Of a stretch of 64,000 bases of DNA, positions 35,630 to 45,313 are shown one piece after another (position 1 is the stretch's first letter; every line of letters starts with the position of its first letter). The DNA is taken from positions 80,726-144,725 of the forward strand of contig JBEIQD010000001.1 of NCBI GenBank assembly GCA_040376695.1, in the 5' to 3' direction. The notes under the pieces are model-generated. The model did not search any database. It saw only the letters and a list, made by a program, of their open reading frames with translations, and was not told the origin of the DNA. A program made the position numbers and the translations under genes. Source of the stretch: Candidatus Nomurabacteria bacterium (GTDB lineage Bacteria; Patescibacteriota; Minisyncoccia; Phycocordibacterales; UBA5272).

Positions 35630-36058
35630 ATGAGCGATATTCTTTTACCTCTTCACCTGATTACATTAGGTTTCATTTTTTGGACGATTATTCACGCTGA
35701 TCATCTTGCTTTTAATTGGATACGTGGAAAAGTCGCCACTCTTCCAAAAGAAAAAGTACAAAAATACCATCGCAATACTTGGATGGGGCTCGGTGGAATG
35801 ATTCTTACTGGTTTTCTTTTGTTCTGGCCTATGCGTGAGTTCTTACTTGGCCGACCGCAGTTCTACGCAAAAATGGCTTTTGTTGTAACCCTCGTCGCTA
35901 ACGGATTTGTTATCGGACATTTACAGAAGATCGCACTCCTCAAATCATTTAAGCAGTTAACTTTCAAAGAAAAAATACCACTCTTCATTTCTGGTGGTGT
36001 TTCAACACTTGCCTGGATTGGCGCTGCTCTCGGTGGCCTTTTCCTGATTCCTGATTAA
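35630..36058 (+). CDS. hypothetical membrane protein, co-transcribed with the cyt b5-like gene
   Basis: 142 aa, 4 TM, with several conserved-looking His (HADH, YHRN, IGHLQK). No family recognised. Confidence 0.45.
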   Translation: MSDILLPLHLITLGFIFWTIIHADHLAFNWIRGKVATLPKEKVQKYHRNTWMGLGGMILTGFLLFWPMREFLLGRPQFYAKMAFVVTLVANGFVIGHLQKIALLKSFKQLTFKEKIPLFISGGVSTLAWIGAALGGLFLIPD

Positions 36059-37050
36059 AGCTCTATTTGTTCTAGTAAAATTGCCTCAAAGGCCGTCCAA
36101 GCATGCGCATCTGATACTTCGAGAAGGCGGCGCTTTTCAAGGAGCCCTAAGATCAATTTTGAGCCTAGAATGAGAGGGAATTCATTCGCAAGTTTTGCTA
36201 TCTCTTTATTTTCTACATCTTCACCAACGCGAGAAAGTAGACCTTGTCTGATTAATTCAATCAGATCGTCATAGGTTCGAATAGCGTTCTTGTCTCTGGC
36301 GGACGTCAGAAGATTTACAATACTTTTTGGGTTTTTCTTGCACATCGCTTCCACAAGAGAAACCAGTAGTTCTGCTTCTGATGAACCCAACATAGCGCGA
36401 ACTTTTTCGTGATCTATTTTCTTATCTGACACAGCAAGAATCTGTTCAAGTATTCCAAGTGCGTCACGGTACGACCCTTTCCCGTGAATGGCGACAAGTC
36501 CTGCAGAATCAGTGTGTAGTACAAAACCTTCCTGTTGAGCTACGTGAGTAAGCTGCTGAGATAAAATTTCGTTTGTCGGATTTTTAAAGACCACTTTCTG
36601 ACAACGGGAAACAATAGTTGCTGGAAGTTTTTCTGGATCAGTTGTGGCAAGAATGAAAACAACATGACTTGGTGGCTCCTCAAGTGTTTTAAGTAATGCA
36701 TTGGACGCTTCTTTTGTAAGCATGTGTGCCTCATCAATAATATATATTTTATATTTACTAGAAAAAGGTGCCGTTCTAACAGCTTCACGAAGCTCACGTA
36801 TTTCATCGATACCACGATTACTTGCAGCGTCTATTTCAACAATATCTTCGGGGTTACATCCAATTTCTCTCGCAACGATTCTCGCCACACTTGTCTTCCC
36901 CGTCCCTCTTCCTCCACAAAAAAGGTACGCATGAGAGATTTTATTTTGCTTGATTGAGTTAACAAGAAGATCAACTACTTGCTCTTGTCCAACAACATCT
37001 TTAAATGTATGAGGGCGATATTTACGATACAGAGCTACGTAAGATGTCAT
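36055..37050 (-). CDS. dnaX: DNA polymerase III subunit gamma/tau, short form (AAA+ clamp-loader domains I-III only)
   Basis: YRKYRPHTFKDVVGQEQVV...HAYLFCGGRGTGKTSVARIVA (Walker A), IYIIDEAHML (Walker B), TLEEPP, SRCQ (sensor). Confidence 0.75.
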   Translation of the reverse strand: MTSYVALYRKYRPHTFKDVVGQEQVVDLLVNSIKQNKISHAYLFCGGRGTGKTSVARIVAREIGCNPEDIVEIDAASNRGIDEIRELREAVRTAPFSSKYKIYIIDEAHMLTKEASNALLKTLEEPPSHVVFILATTDPEKLPATIVSRCQKVVFKNPTNEILSQQLTHVAQQEGFVLHTDSAGLVAIHGKGSYRDALGILEQILAVSDKKIDHEKVRAMLGSSEAELLVSLVEAMCKKNPKSIVNLLTSARDKNAIRTYDDLIELIRQGLLSRVGEDVENKEIAKLANEFPLILGSKLILGLLEKRRLLEVSDAHAWTAFEAILLEQIEL

Positions 37051-37055
37051 ATGCT

Positions 37056-38150
37056 CTACAGTGTAACAGATTGTGTACGTGATAAAAACATGTGTATTTT
37101 TTCTTCAATTTCGGCTGCATTTTTGCAGTCCATAAGCTCCATTCGTAGTTCTTTAGCGCCATCAAAACCATGCACATAGGCTTTATAATGTTTTTTCATA
37201 ATAGCGAAACTCTTAATATCCCCTAGTTTTTCTTCGTAAAGCTTTGTGTGCTCTACGCAAATCTTGAGGCGTTCTTCAAGTGATTTACCTTGATTGAACT
37301 CCTTCTCATCAAAAAACCACGGCGTTCCAAAAATTCCTCGTCCCACCATTACCCCGTTTGCTCCAGATTCTTTCGCTTTTTCTTTTCCTTCAGTTACTGA
37401 TTTAATGTCTCCGTTTCCTAAAATAACAGTTCCGCCTTCAGATAATTCACCAGTTATGTCTCTTACAAGTTTAACGACGTCTTTCATGACATCCCAATGA
37501 GCGTCCACGAGAGACATTTCTTTTCGTGTCCTAAGATGAACGGTGAGTGCTGGAATATTGCATTCAAGAATCTTTGGTAACCACTCCATATATTCAATTT
37601 TGTTATATCCGAGACGTGTTTTTACGGATACAGGAAGATGTTCCGCTCCTTCCTGTGCTGCACGGATAATCGCTTGCGCTGTCTTCCAATCTTTAATATG
37701 CGCCGCTCCAGCACCTTGTTTTTCAATACTCTTATCTGGACAACCCATATTAATATCAATTCCATCAAAGCCAAGTTCACGACAAAGAGCTGCTGATTTC
37801 TTCATGTTTTCCGGGGTTGAGGTAAACAATTGTGCAACAACAGGACGTTCGATGTCAGTAATTTCAAGATCACGTTTTAAAATTTCCCTTCCAGGGCTGT
37901 TTAAACCATCTGCAGATACGAATTCTGTCCACATAACATCAGGGCCGTGTGGTTTCGAATACTTAGCAATCATTGTTCTAAAGGCGATATCTGTTACATC
38001 TGCCATGGGAGCAACAACTGAAAGAGTTTCTCCCTGAGAAAGTTTTGTGTCGATAAGTATTTGCCAAAATCCTCGTGTGGGGCTTTGTTGTATACGTCGA
38101 ATCGCAGATAGACCAAATAGTTTATTGAGTTGTGGTGGTAGCCATTTCAT
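37056..38150 (-). CDS. dus: tRNA-dihydrouridine synthase
   Basis: VAPMADVTD...GFDGIDINMGCP (catalytic Cys)...VSVKTRLG: Dus TIM-barrel motifs. Confidence 0.85.
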   Translation of the reverse strand: MKWLPPQLNKLFGLSAIRRIQQSPTRGFWQILIDTKLSQGETLSVVAPMADVTDIAFRTMIAKYSKPHGPDVMWTEFVSADGLNSPGREILKRDLEITDIERPVVAQLFTSTPENMKKSAALCRELGFDGIDINMGCPDKSIEKQGAGAAHIKDWKTAQAIIRAAQEGAEHLPVSVKTRLGYNKIEYMEWLPKILECNIPALTVHLRTRKEMSLVDAHWDVMKDVVKLVRDITGELSEGGTVILGNGDIKSVTEGKEKAKESGANGVMVGRGIFGTPWFFDEKEFNQGKSLEERLKICVEHTKLYEEKLGDIKSFAIMKKHYKAYVHGFDGAKELRMELMDCKNAAEIEEKIHMFLSRTQSVTL

Positions 38151-38922
38151 GTGGAGGGATTATAACGGGAACTGAAGCGTTTGTAAATTTATAAAAAACC
38201 TTATTTCCAAAACGGGTATCTATGTATTCCAGGAGCTCTGATTTTTCAAGAATCTTTTTCTTCAATGGATCAGTGTCTATGGCACTTAATATATTCGACC
38301 ACACACGATTCATATCAGCATCTGAAGATACAACTACATTTGTTTTCTTTGATTCATCAAAAAACCTAATGTCATTAAATTCATCAATTGTTATATAGCG
38401 AACTTTAAAGAGCACGGTATCTATATTAGATGCCAATGTTTCCATGGAACGTAAAAGATTCTGAGAAACTTCCGTTGAGGTTGATATTGATAATTGAGCA
38501 AATGTATCAAGTGGTACTATTTCTTTATATACAACTCCGTTCTCTGAAATGGCGTGCGTCTCACTCACTGCAAATATAGGAGTGTATGATTGAATCTTAA
38601 CAGTAAGTGTATGTAAACCGCTTGGGTACAGAATGATATCACTAGTGTTCGGAAGAGTTTCTGTTATAAGTGTACGTATCTCGTTATCGTGGTAACTAAG
38701 CACTCGATTTCCAGGAAGTATTTTCATTACTTTCTGATCTGCGAGAAATCCAAACTGTCTTTTTAATTCTGTGGCCTGTTCCTCTGTTGTTCCAGATATA
38801 TGGTAATCATGGATAGTGAACGTTCCTGTTCGGAAATATACGTATATTGCCCCAATACAACAAATAAGTATTGTAGATCTGATCACTAATCTCTTTAAAA
38901 GAACATATGTCCTTTTTCTCAT
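38122..38922 (-). CDS. hypothetical membrane-anchored protein (possibly an FtsQ/DivIB-like POTRA protein)
   Basis: N-terminal TM, then an alpha/beta region. Sits in an operon with serS/dus/dnaX. Assignment weak. Confidence 0.35.
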   Translation of the reverse strand: MRKRTYVLLKRLVIRSTILICCIGAIYVYFRTGTFTIHDYHISGTTEEQATELKRQFGFLADQKVMKILPGNRVLSYHDNEIRTLITETLPNTSDIILYPSGLHTLTVKIQSYTPIFAVSETHAISENGVVYKEIVPLDTFAQLSISTSTEVSQNLLRSMETLASNIDTVLFKVRYITIDEFNDIRFFDESKKTNVVVSSDADMNRVWSNILSAIDTDPLKKKILEKSELLEYIDTRFGNKVFYKFTNASVPVIIPPHEMATTTTQ

Positions 38923-38925
38923 AAA

Positions 38926-40200
38926 CTAATTACGAAAGGGTTTACCGATAACTGTTTTACCTCCCATAAACGGTACCAACACATCAGGAACCTTAATTGT
39001 TCCGTCTGCCTGCTGATAATTTTCAATAATTACAGTTACAAGACGAGGTGTAGCTGCAGCGGTGTTGTTAAGTGAATGAGCGTAGCGAAGTTTCCCTTCA
39101 GTGTCTTTGTAACGAATATTAAGTCGACGAGTTTGGAAATCATGGAAATAACTTGCTGAATGAGTTTCTCTGTACTTGCTCTGTGACGGCATCCAAGCTT
39201 CAATGTCATACTTCTTCACTTGTCCGAGTCCAAGATCTCCTCCGCAATTAATAACTGTATGGTACGGGAGATTAAGTTCTTCCATCATAGATTCAGCAAG
39301 TGTTCTGATTTCTTCATGCAAAGCAACCGATGTCTCGTGGCTAGCTTCACAGAGAATAACTTGTTCACATTTATAAAACTCATGAACACGCACCAGACCG
39401 TTAACATCTTTTCCGTGGCTTCCTGCTTCTTTTCTGAAACACGGACTCCATACAATATATTTCTTAGGTTCAGCTAATCCATCAAGTATCTCATCTGAGT
39501 GATAAAACATTGTTGCAACCTCCCCTGTTCCTGCTAAATAATCATTTCCATCTTTATAGAGATCATCCTCTCCCTGTGGAAGATAGCCTGTTCCTAGGAG
39601 AGTCTCACGCTTAACAAGAGATGGCACAAGCATAGGAGTGAACCCTTTCCCTTGCCAACGTTGCATTACATAATTCCAAATAGCCATTTCAAGCATCGCC
39701 CCGTCATTTTTCAAGAAGTATCCTCTGAAGCCTGATGTCTTTGTTCCACGTTCAAAATCAACAAGGTCACTTTGTACCATGAGTTCAATATGATCAAGCG
39801 GAGTAAAAGAAAAATCTTTAATTTCCCCCCATGTTTTTACTTCCACATTATCTTCGTCTGACTTTCCTTCTGGAACTGTCATGTCTGGAATGTTTGGAAC
39901 AGACAACATAAGCGTTCTCCAAGTCTTCATTACCTCCTCAAGCTCATCTTCTTGTGTTTTAAGTTCATCCTTTACCTTCTTCATGGCATCAATAAGTTCC
40001 TGGCGGGTGTGAGCGTCTGCCTTTGAAATAGCCTCGCTGGCAGCGTTTTGTTCAGCTCGGAGACTTTCAACTACTTTCAAGATTTCAAGGCGTTTTGTAT
40101 CTGAAGCAATAAGATCGTCAACATTAAATGACAAGTGTTTTTTAGAAGCGGCGGCACGAATAAGGTCACTTTGTTCACGGATGAATTTAATGTCTAACAT
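38926..40200 (-). CDS. serS: serine--tRNA ligase
   Basis: N-terminal coiled-coil arm. Class II motifs ...FRKEAGSHGKDVNGLVRVHEF... and ...TAAATPRLVTVIIENYQ. Confidence 0.9.
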   Translation of the reverse strand: MLDIKFIREQSDLIRAAASKKHLSFNVDDLIASDTKRLEILKVVESLRAEQNAASEAISKADAHTRQELIDAMKKVKDELKTQEDELEEVMKTWRTLMLSVPNIPDMTVPEGKSDEDNVEVKTWGEIKDFSFTPLDHIELMVQSDLVDFERGTKTSGFRGYFLKNDGAMLEMAIWNYVMQRWQGKGFTPMLVPSLVKRETLLGTGYLPQGEDDLYKDGNDYLAGTGEVATMFYHSDEILDGLAEPKKYIVWSPCFRKEAGSHGKDVNGLVRVHEFYKCEQVILCEASHETSVALHEEIRTLAESMMEELNLPYHTVINCGGDLGLGQVKKYDIEAWMPSQSKYRETHSASYFHDFQTRRLNIRYKDTEGKLRYAHSLNNTAAATPRLVTVIIENYQQADGTIKVPDVLVPFMGGKTVIGKPFRN

Positions 40201-40238
40201 GTCCTTTATTCTAACAGATAGTAGCTCCTTTATGAAGC

Positions 40239-40970
40239 TTGTTTATAAGGATATCTAGGAAAACAGATTTACAGGATATACTGGTCATAATGACAGAGCG
40301 AGACACCTTAGAGGAAGATATTAAGAGCTCCACGCCTCATATCGTTACCCACCAGGAAAAGTATAGTAAACACCCTAAAGGATTTTCAGATTTTATAGCA
40401 AAATCAACCGTACACCTCTCAGCAGGTATAGCCGATTTTTTATTCCAAGAGCGCTATTGTCACCGCGCTGTAGTTCTGGAAACGGTTGCGGCTGTTCCAG
40501 GTATGGTAGGAGGACTTCTTCAACATTTAAAATCGTTACGCTTCATACGGGATGACCGCGGATGGATTCACACCCTCTTAGCTGAAGCAGAAAATGAGCG
40601 AATGCATCTACTGATTTATAGCGAGATAGCAAAACCCTCTACGTTAGAAAGAATTCTTATTATGGTGGTTCAGTTTTTCTTTTATCATTTGTATTTTCTC
40701 CTGTATCTTATCAGTGCGAAAACAGCTCATCGTGTTGTTGGATACTTTGAGGAAGAAGCAATTCATAGCTATAAACACTATCTACAACTGGTAGAAGAAG
40801 GTAAACACGAAAACATACCAGCTCCAATAAGTGCTATTACGTATTGGGAACTTCCTGAAGATGCACGTCTTATGGATGTCATCAAAGCAACCATCAAGGA
40901 TGAAATGTACCACCGAGACACCAACCATGCCTTTGCTGACGATGTTGCAGGAACAAAACTCTGGAGTTAG
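40239..40970 (+). CDS. aox: alternative oxidase (AOX; di-iron carboxylate ubiquinol oxidase family)
   Basis: HRAVVLETVAAVPGMVGGLLQHLKSLR...GWIHTLLAEAENERMHLL...YLISAKTAHRVVGYFEEEAIHSY...DEMYHRDTNHAFAD: all four AOX iron-ligand motifs (LET, NERMHL, EEEA.H, DE..HRD.NH). Confidence 0.8.
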   Translation: MFIRISRKTDLQDILVIMTERDTLEEDIKSSTPHIVTHQEKYSKHPKGFSDFIAKSTVHLSAGIADFLFQERYCHRAVVLETVAAVPGMVGGLLQHLKSLRFIRDDRGWIHTLLAEAENERMHLLIYSEIAKPSTLERILIMVVQFFFYHLYFLLYLISAKTAHRVVGYFEEEAIHSYKHYLQLVEEGKHENIPAPISAITYWELPEDARLMDVIKATIKDEMYHRDTNHAFADDVAGTKLWS

Positions 40971-40971
40971 A

Positions 40972-41010
40972 AACAAAAATCACCATCGAAAGATGGTGAT
41001 TACTTTGTTT
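40972..41010. terminator. bidirectional intrinsic terminator aatcaccatc-gaaa-gatggtgatt
   Basis: 10-bp stem with flanking A/T tracts. Confidence 0.6.
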
Positions 41011-41018
41011 CTCTAAGA

Positions 41019-41177
41019 CTAGAGAGCTGCTGGAGTAACTTCTGCGGCTACAACTTCTTCTTCCGCTACTGGTGTAGTTTCAGTTGATTCTGTAGGAATT
41101 GCAGTTTCCTCAACTACTGGAGTGTCTGTTGCTGGAACTTCTTCAGTAATAGGAGTTGTGATGATTTCGTCTGACAT
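41019..41177 (-). CDS. 52-aa acidic Thr/Glu/Pro/Val-rich low-complexity peptide (doubtful)
   Basis: MSDEIITTPITEEVPATDTPVVEETAIPTESTETTPVAEEEVVAAEVTPAAL. No RBS seen. May be non-coding. Confidence 0.15.
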   Translation of the reverse strand: MSDEIITTPITEEVPATDTPVVEETAIPTESTETTPVAEEEVVAAEVTPAAL

Positions 41178-41254
41178 AGATTTGTTTTGAAAATGGGTAA
41201 AGTCGAGCGCGTATCATAGCACTTCTAGGACTCTAAAGCAATTAGAGCTCTAAG

Positions 41255-42307
41255 CTAGAACGCCTGATTGATGAGCAAACAAAGTGTGATTACAAGCAAT
41301 AGCGCGAGTCCGTACGTTATATGTTTCCAGTGCTGTTTTCGAATCTCAATAAAAATCATAGTAAGTAAAGCAACAAACGTTAGTGCAAGTAACCCCTTTA
41401 AAAGGATATCTACATAATAAGAGCCACCAAACAGCAGACGCCCGTACCACGTTGAGTATTTTTCAGGAGCACTTGGCGTAGAAGTGCTTACAGCAACTTC
41501 CTCTGCTTCATTGTTTCTAACAACAGCTAACTCTTCAGTCGTAATAACTGATTCATATTCAGGCTTTGTTTCTACTGATTCACCTTTAATTTCAGGCGTA
41601 CCGACAGCTAGAACAGGATTGGTTTGAGGAGTTATAGTTTCTATTGGTGCCACTTTTTGTGGTTCAAGGGTTTCTTTTTCAACACTAGGAGAAGTCTCTA
41701 CGACAGGAATTTCTTTTGCTACTGCTGGAGTACCGAACATTTGCACTACATAAATTGTTGGGCCATTCTTATATACACCACTTACTGTTGCCATACCAAT
41801 TTCCTTAAACTTTACATCCAAAAGATTGGCTCTGTGCAGCGGAGAAGCGAGCCATGCATTACGAACCTCTTCAGCATCTACGAAATTGATAGCAAGATTT
41901 TCTCCTGCATATAAAAACGTGTACCCAGCTTGCTTGAACCAGTGCCATGGAGTTACTCCTTCTGGACTATCATGTGCAAAATATCCCTCCTTAGCCATAT
42001 CTTCGGCTTTAAGGGTTGCTGCGCGATCTAAAACGGGATTGCGCACAAGAGGAGCTTCATTGTACGCCAGACGACTTTCGTTAGTTAAATCAACAAGAAC
42101 AGAAGCGGTAACGCTTGCCCCTAGTACTGTTTTCTTAATAAGGAATGAGCTGCCTGCAGAAAAACCAAGAAGGAAAATACTTCCAATAACAATAATTGCA
42201 ACTGAGACTTCTCGGAAAAAGTGTGGCTTGTAATCATTGTGCTCGTGCGGAATGAATACATGCTTTAAAAAGGAGTGGGGTTTCACTTGTACAGTATAAC
42301 GTAGCAC
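41255..42307 (-). CDS. CAP/SCP (PR-1-like, YkwD-type) domain protein with N- and C-terminal membrane anchors
   Basis: LDRAATLKAEDMAKEGYFAHDSPEGVTPWHWF...YAGENLAINFVDAEEVRNAWLASPLHRANLL: CAP domain motifs. Confidence 0.8.
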   Translation of the reverse strand: MLRYTVQVKPHSFLKHVFIPHEHNDYKPHFFREVSVAIIVIGSIFLLGFSAGSSFLIKKTVLGASVTASVLVDLTNESRLAYNEAPLVRNPVLDRAATLKAEDMAKEGYFAHDSPEGVTPWHWFKQAGYTFLYAGENLAINFVDAEEVRNAWLASPLHRANLLDVKFKEIGMATVSGVYKNGPTIYVVQMFGTPAVAKEIPVVETSPSVEKETLEPQKVAPIETITPQTNPVLAVGTPEIKGESVETKPEYESVITTEELAVVRNNEAEEVAVSTSTPSAPEKYSTWYGRLLFGGSYYVDILLKGLLALTFVALLTMIFIEIRKQHWKHITYGLALLLVITLCLLINQAF

Positions 42308-42312
42308 TATGT

Positions 42313-42346
42313 AAAAACAACTCCCGTTTGGGAGTTGTTTTTATTG
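42313..42346. terminator. intrinsic terminator aacaactcccgtttgggagttgtttttatt
   Basis: Related in loop (cccgtttggg) to the 30027 and 34055 modules. Confidence 0.55.
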
Positions 42347-42367
42347 TTTAGCTGCTTAGTTTGTTAT

Positions 42368-45313
42368 TTACTTAGCCACGAATCCTCGAGAAATTGTTCC
42401 GAAGAATCCTGTAGCTGGAATACCATTCTTTGCTTGCCACTTAATGAGGGCTGACTTTGTGAGTGGGCCAAACCATTTTGTAGCAACATTAATCTTTAGA
42501 TAACCGTTAGTCATGAGCATCTTCTGAAGTTCTGTTACATCATCTCCATTTGCCCCATATCCTAGGTTGCGTGAAAAGTTAACTGCAGTAGCTCCAAGAA
42601 CCATTCCTGGTGTTGTTGGTACAGCGGTAACGATGATACCAGGAGTTGTTGTCGCAACGGTAACTGTTGTTGTAGAAGCTCCAAGTACTGAACCTCCTGT
42701 ACTTCCTGATCCACTTGAATAACCACCTCCACCTCCGTAAGGGATAGCAGCTTCAGTGTAGGTAATGAATGTTGTAGCGTGCTTTGTCCAAACAACGAGG
42801 TCTGCACCTACGTCAATCTTACAATCTGTTCCTGCTGTAAGTGTTGGGTTTGTAGCACTATCACATGTTGTTGAAATCTTCGCAAACACACCATTCTGTG
42901 ACCATCCTGCAAGCTTACCTGCCTGTCCTGCGAATGTCAGCTTGATTGCCTGATCAAACGTAAGATGTGTATCTCCAGCTCCAATTGCAACTGCTCCAGT
43001 TGGAGTAAGGTAAGATCCGTTACTTTCTGAAGGGATTGTATATGTAGTTGTAGCTGTCGGTAGATCAAATGTTCCATCCCATGTTGTAGGACCAGAAATA
43101 ACTGTACCTTCTGAGATAAGAACAGAGATTGTTCCTTGAGTAGTTGAAGCTGTTAACTGTGTATCTGACTCAATTGTTGCAGTTTTAGCTTCTGGTGTTG
43201 TCTGTACTGTTGCTGGAACTTCTGAGTAACCCTTAAGAAGGATTGTATCCGTTGAAGATGCATTACTCTTTGTCCAAGCGAGATCACCACTGATACTTCG
43301 TACATTTGTGTAAGGAGTATATGAGTACTCACGAACAGTGAATGTATCTAGATCAGAAAGTGCCATTGAACCTTTAATAAAGGTATTGTTCTCCCAAATA
43401 GACTTCCAATTGAACTGTGCGTTAGCGTAATCGCCACGAGCGCGGATGTGCCACTTGTTCTCTCCTTCAAACGTGTTTCCTGTGATCACTGCACCTCCAA
43501 CTGGATAAAGGAACCATCCTTGTCCTCCTGTACCAGTAAAGCTAATACGAGCAGCGTTAACGGTTGAAGACTTAAATGTGTTTCCTGTGATAACACGATC
43601 AGTATTAGGTGAAGAAGCTGCTGAGCCGGCCCCACTAGCGATACTGATTGTTGATGCATTATCAAACACGTTATTAGTGATAGTGAACTTGTTAACAAGG
43701 TTAACTGCAGTAAAGTCACTGATATACACTGATCCGTTTGTTTCTGAGATCTTTGAATTAGTAAGTGTGAAATTATCTCCGATTACCTCAATTGTCTTAT
43801 TAGTTCCTGGAATGTTCTCAGCAAATTCAATACCTGAAATAGTAATGTTGTCTGCTGCTACGAATGTCCCACTCTTTCCAAAACTGTTAGTTGCGTTTGT
43901 CTTCACGATAACACCTGTTGATGCCGCCTGAAGCGTAACTGTTGAAGTTCCGAAGAAAAGTCCGAACTGGTATGATCCACCGTTTACTGATCGGTTCATA
44001 GCAGTTTCGTTGTATGTACCTGGATATACGATAACAGTATCACCTGACTCTGCTGCATCGATAGCTGCCTGGATTGTTGTGTATCCAGTAGTTACGCCTG
44101 CCTTAGTGATAGTAGCGAGGTTAACAATGTTGTTTGACCATACAACTACATTTGTTCCAGCCTTTGTGTACTGTGTGTACCCTGAAGCGCTCACAGTAAC
44201 TGAAGCTGTTGGAGTAACATGTGCTCCATCAGACCAAATCTGTGTTGTAGTTGTTGCTAGTGTTCCACTGTTAAGTGTAAATACAGAAGGAGAAAGAACT
44301 CCTGATCCTGGGTCAACGTTAACACTTCCCCACACGTTTCCTTCTGTTGTTAGGTTAGTAGCTACTACTGTTGAACCGTTAACAGTAAGACCAGCTCCTT
44401 TACTGTTCTTCATAGTTACGTTTGAAAAACGTACGTCTGCTGGATCTGTTGTTGTGTATGCATGTACACCGTACGCCTTAGCGTCACTGTTAAGAGTTAG
44501 GTTGCTGAATGAAACTGTCCCTGTTGGCACACCTTGCACACCAACGAGATGCTTTGAACCGTTTGTTGATCCAAAGTCTGTTGTTGCTACAAGTCCTGCA
44601 TTACTTCCAAGTCCAACGAATTCAACCGCACGGTTAATAGTAAGCTGTGCAGTGAGTCCAATAGTACCCATGATATTAATTGTAGAAACAGCAGCATCTG
44701 ACAAGAGCGCCTGGAGGTATGCTGATGTGGTCACTGTTGTAAGTGAACTTGTATTGAGGTAGTACTGAATCTGGGTTGTGCTTGCTGGAGTGCTTGTTGC
44801 TCCTACAAAACCAACAACAGTGTTTCCTGTCATTCCATCTTCCCAAGCTGTTGGCAAGCGATATGATTCTGTACTATTAGTAAGAGTTGCGCCTGATACC
44901 GTAAGAACTGAACCGTTAGATGATTCAATTCCTCCGAATTCATTTCCTGATACATCAATTGAACCAGTAAGAGTTACTGTTGAATTGTTAACAAGAAGTC
45001 CAGCGTCTCCTGCTGTAAGCTTGATGTCACTAATAGTTACATCTGATGTTCCGTATACATGGAACACGTAGTTTCCATTCCACCCTGCATTACTAGGTGA
45101 GAAAGAAACAGTGTGACCTCCACCGATGATTGTGAGAGGGCGATTAATGAGGAGTTTCTCTGGTGTTGAGATATCCGTTGTGATAGTAATAGTCGTTGTT
45201 GAAACGTCTGAGAGGGCTGCCTTGAGCTCGTCAAACGTAGCCACGTCTGCTGCACTTGCAAATGTCGGTAATGACAAAAAAGCAAATGATAGTATGAATA
45301 ATGTTTTTTTCAT
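42368..45313 (-). CDS. large (981 aa) secreted surface protein with right-handed beta-helix-like repeats and a C-terminal peptidoglycan-binding domain
   Basis: Signal peptide MKKTLFILSFAFLSLPTFASA. Repeated N.V.DN/T.SG...I. beta-helix-like modules. C-terminus ELQKMLMTNGYL...WFGPLTKSALIKWQAKNGIPATG (PG_binding_1). Confidence 0.75.
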   Translation of the reverse strand: MKKTLFILSFAFLSLPTFASAADVATFDELKAALSDVSTTTITITTDISTPEKLLINRPLTIIGGGHTVSFSPSNAGWNGNYVFHVYGTSDVTISDIKLTAGDAGLLVNNSTVTLTGSIDVSGNEFGGIESSNGSVLTVSGATLTNSTESYRLPTAWEDGMTGNTVVGFVGATSTPASTTQIQYYLNTSSLTTVTTSAYLQALLSDAAVSTINIMGTIGLTAQLTINRAVEFVGLGSNAGLVATTDFGSTNGSKHLVGVQGVPTGTVSFSNLTLNSDAKAYGVHAYTTTDPADVRFSNVTMKNSKGAGLTVNGSTVVATNLTTEGNVWGSVNVDPGSGVLSPSVFTLNSGTLATTTTQIWSDGAHVTPTASVTVSASGYTQYTKAGTNVVVWSNNIVNLATITKAGVTTGYTTIQAAIDAAESGDTVIVYPGTYNETAMNRSVNGGSYQFGLFFGTSTVTLQAASTGVIVKTNATNSFGKSGTFVAADNITISGIEFAENIPGTNKTIEVIGDNFTLTNSKISETNGSVYISDFTAVNLVNKFTITNNVFDNASTISIASGAGSAASSPNTDRVITGNTFKSSTVNAARISFTGTGGQGWFLYPVGGAVITGNTFEGENKWHIRARGDYANAQFNWKSIWENNTFIKGSMALSDLDTFTVREYSYTPYTNVRSISGDLAWTKSNASSTDTILLKGYSEVPATVQTTPEAKTATIESDTQLTASTTQGTISVLISEGTVISGPTTWDGTFDLPTATTTYTIPSESNGSYLTPTGAVAIGAGDTHLTFDQAIKLTFAGQAGKLAGWSQNGVFAKISTTCDSATNPTLTAGTDCKIDVGADLVVWTKHATTFITYTEAAIPYGGGGGYSSGSGSTGGSVLGASTTTVTVATTTPGIIVTAVPTTPGMVLGATAVNFSRNLGYGANGDDVTELQKMLMTNGYLKINVATKWFGPLTKSALIKWQAKNGIPATGFFGTISRGFVAK

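Noticed and set aside
36540-37179. Small ORFs inside dnaX on both strands
   Set aside because: Embedded in a confidently assigned AAA+ clamp-loader gene.
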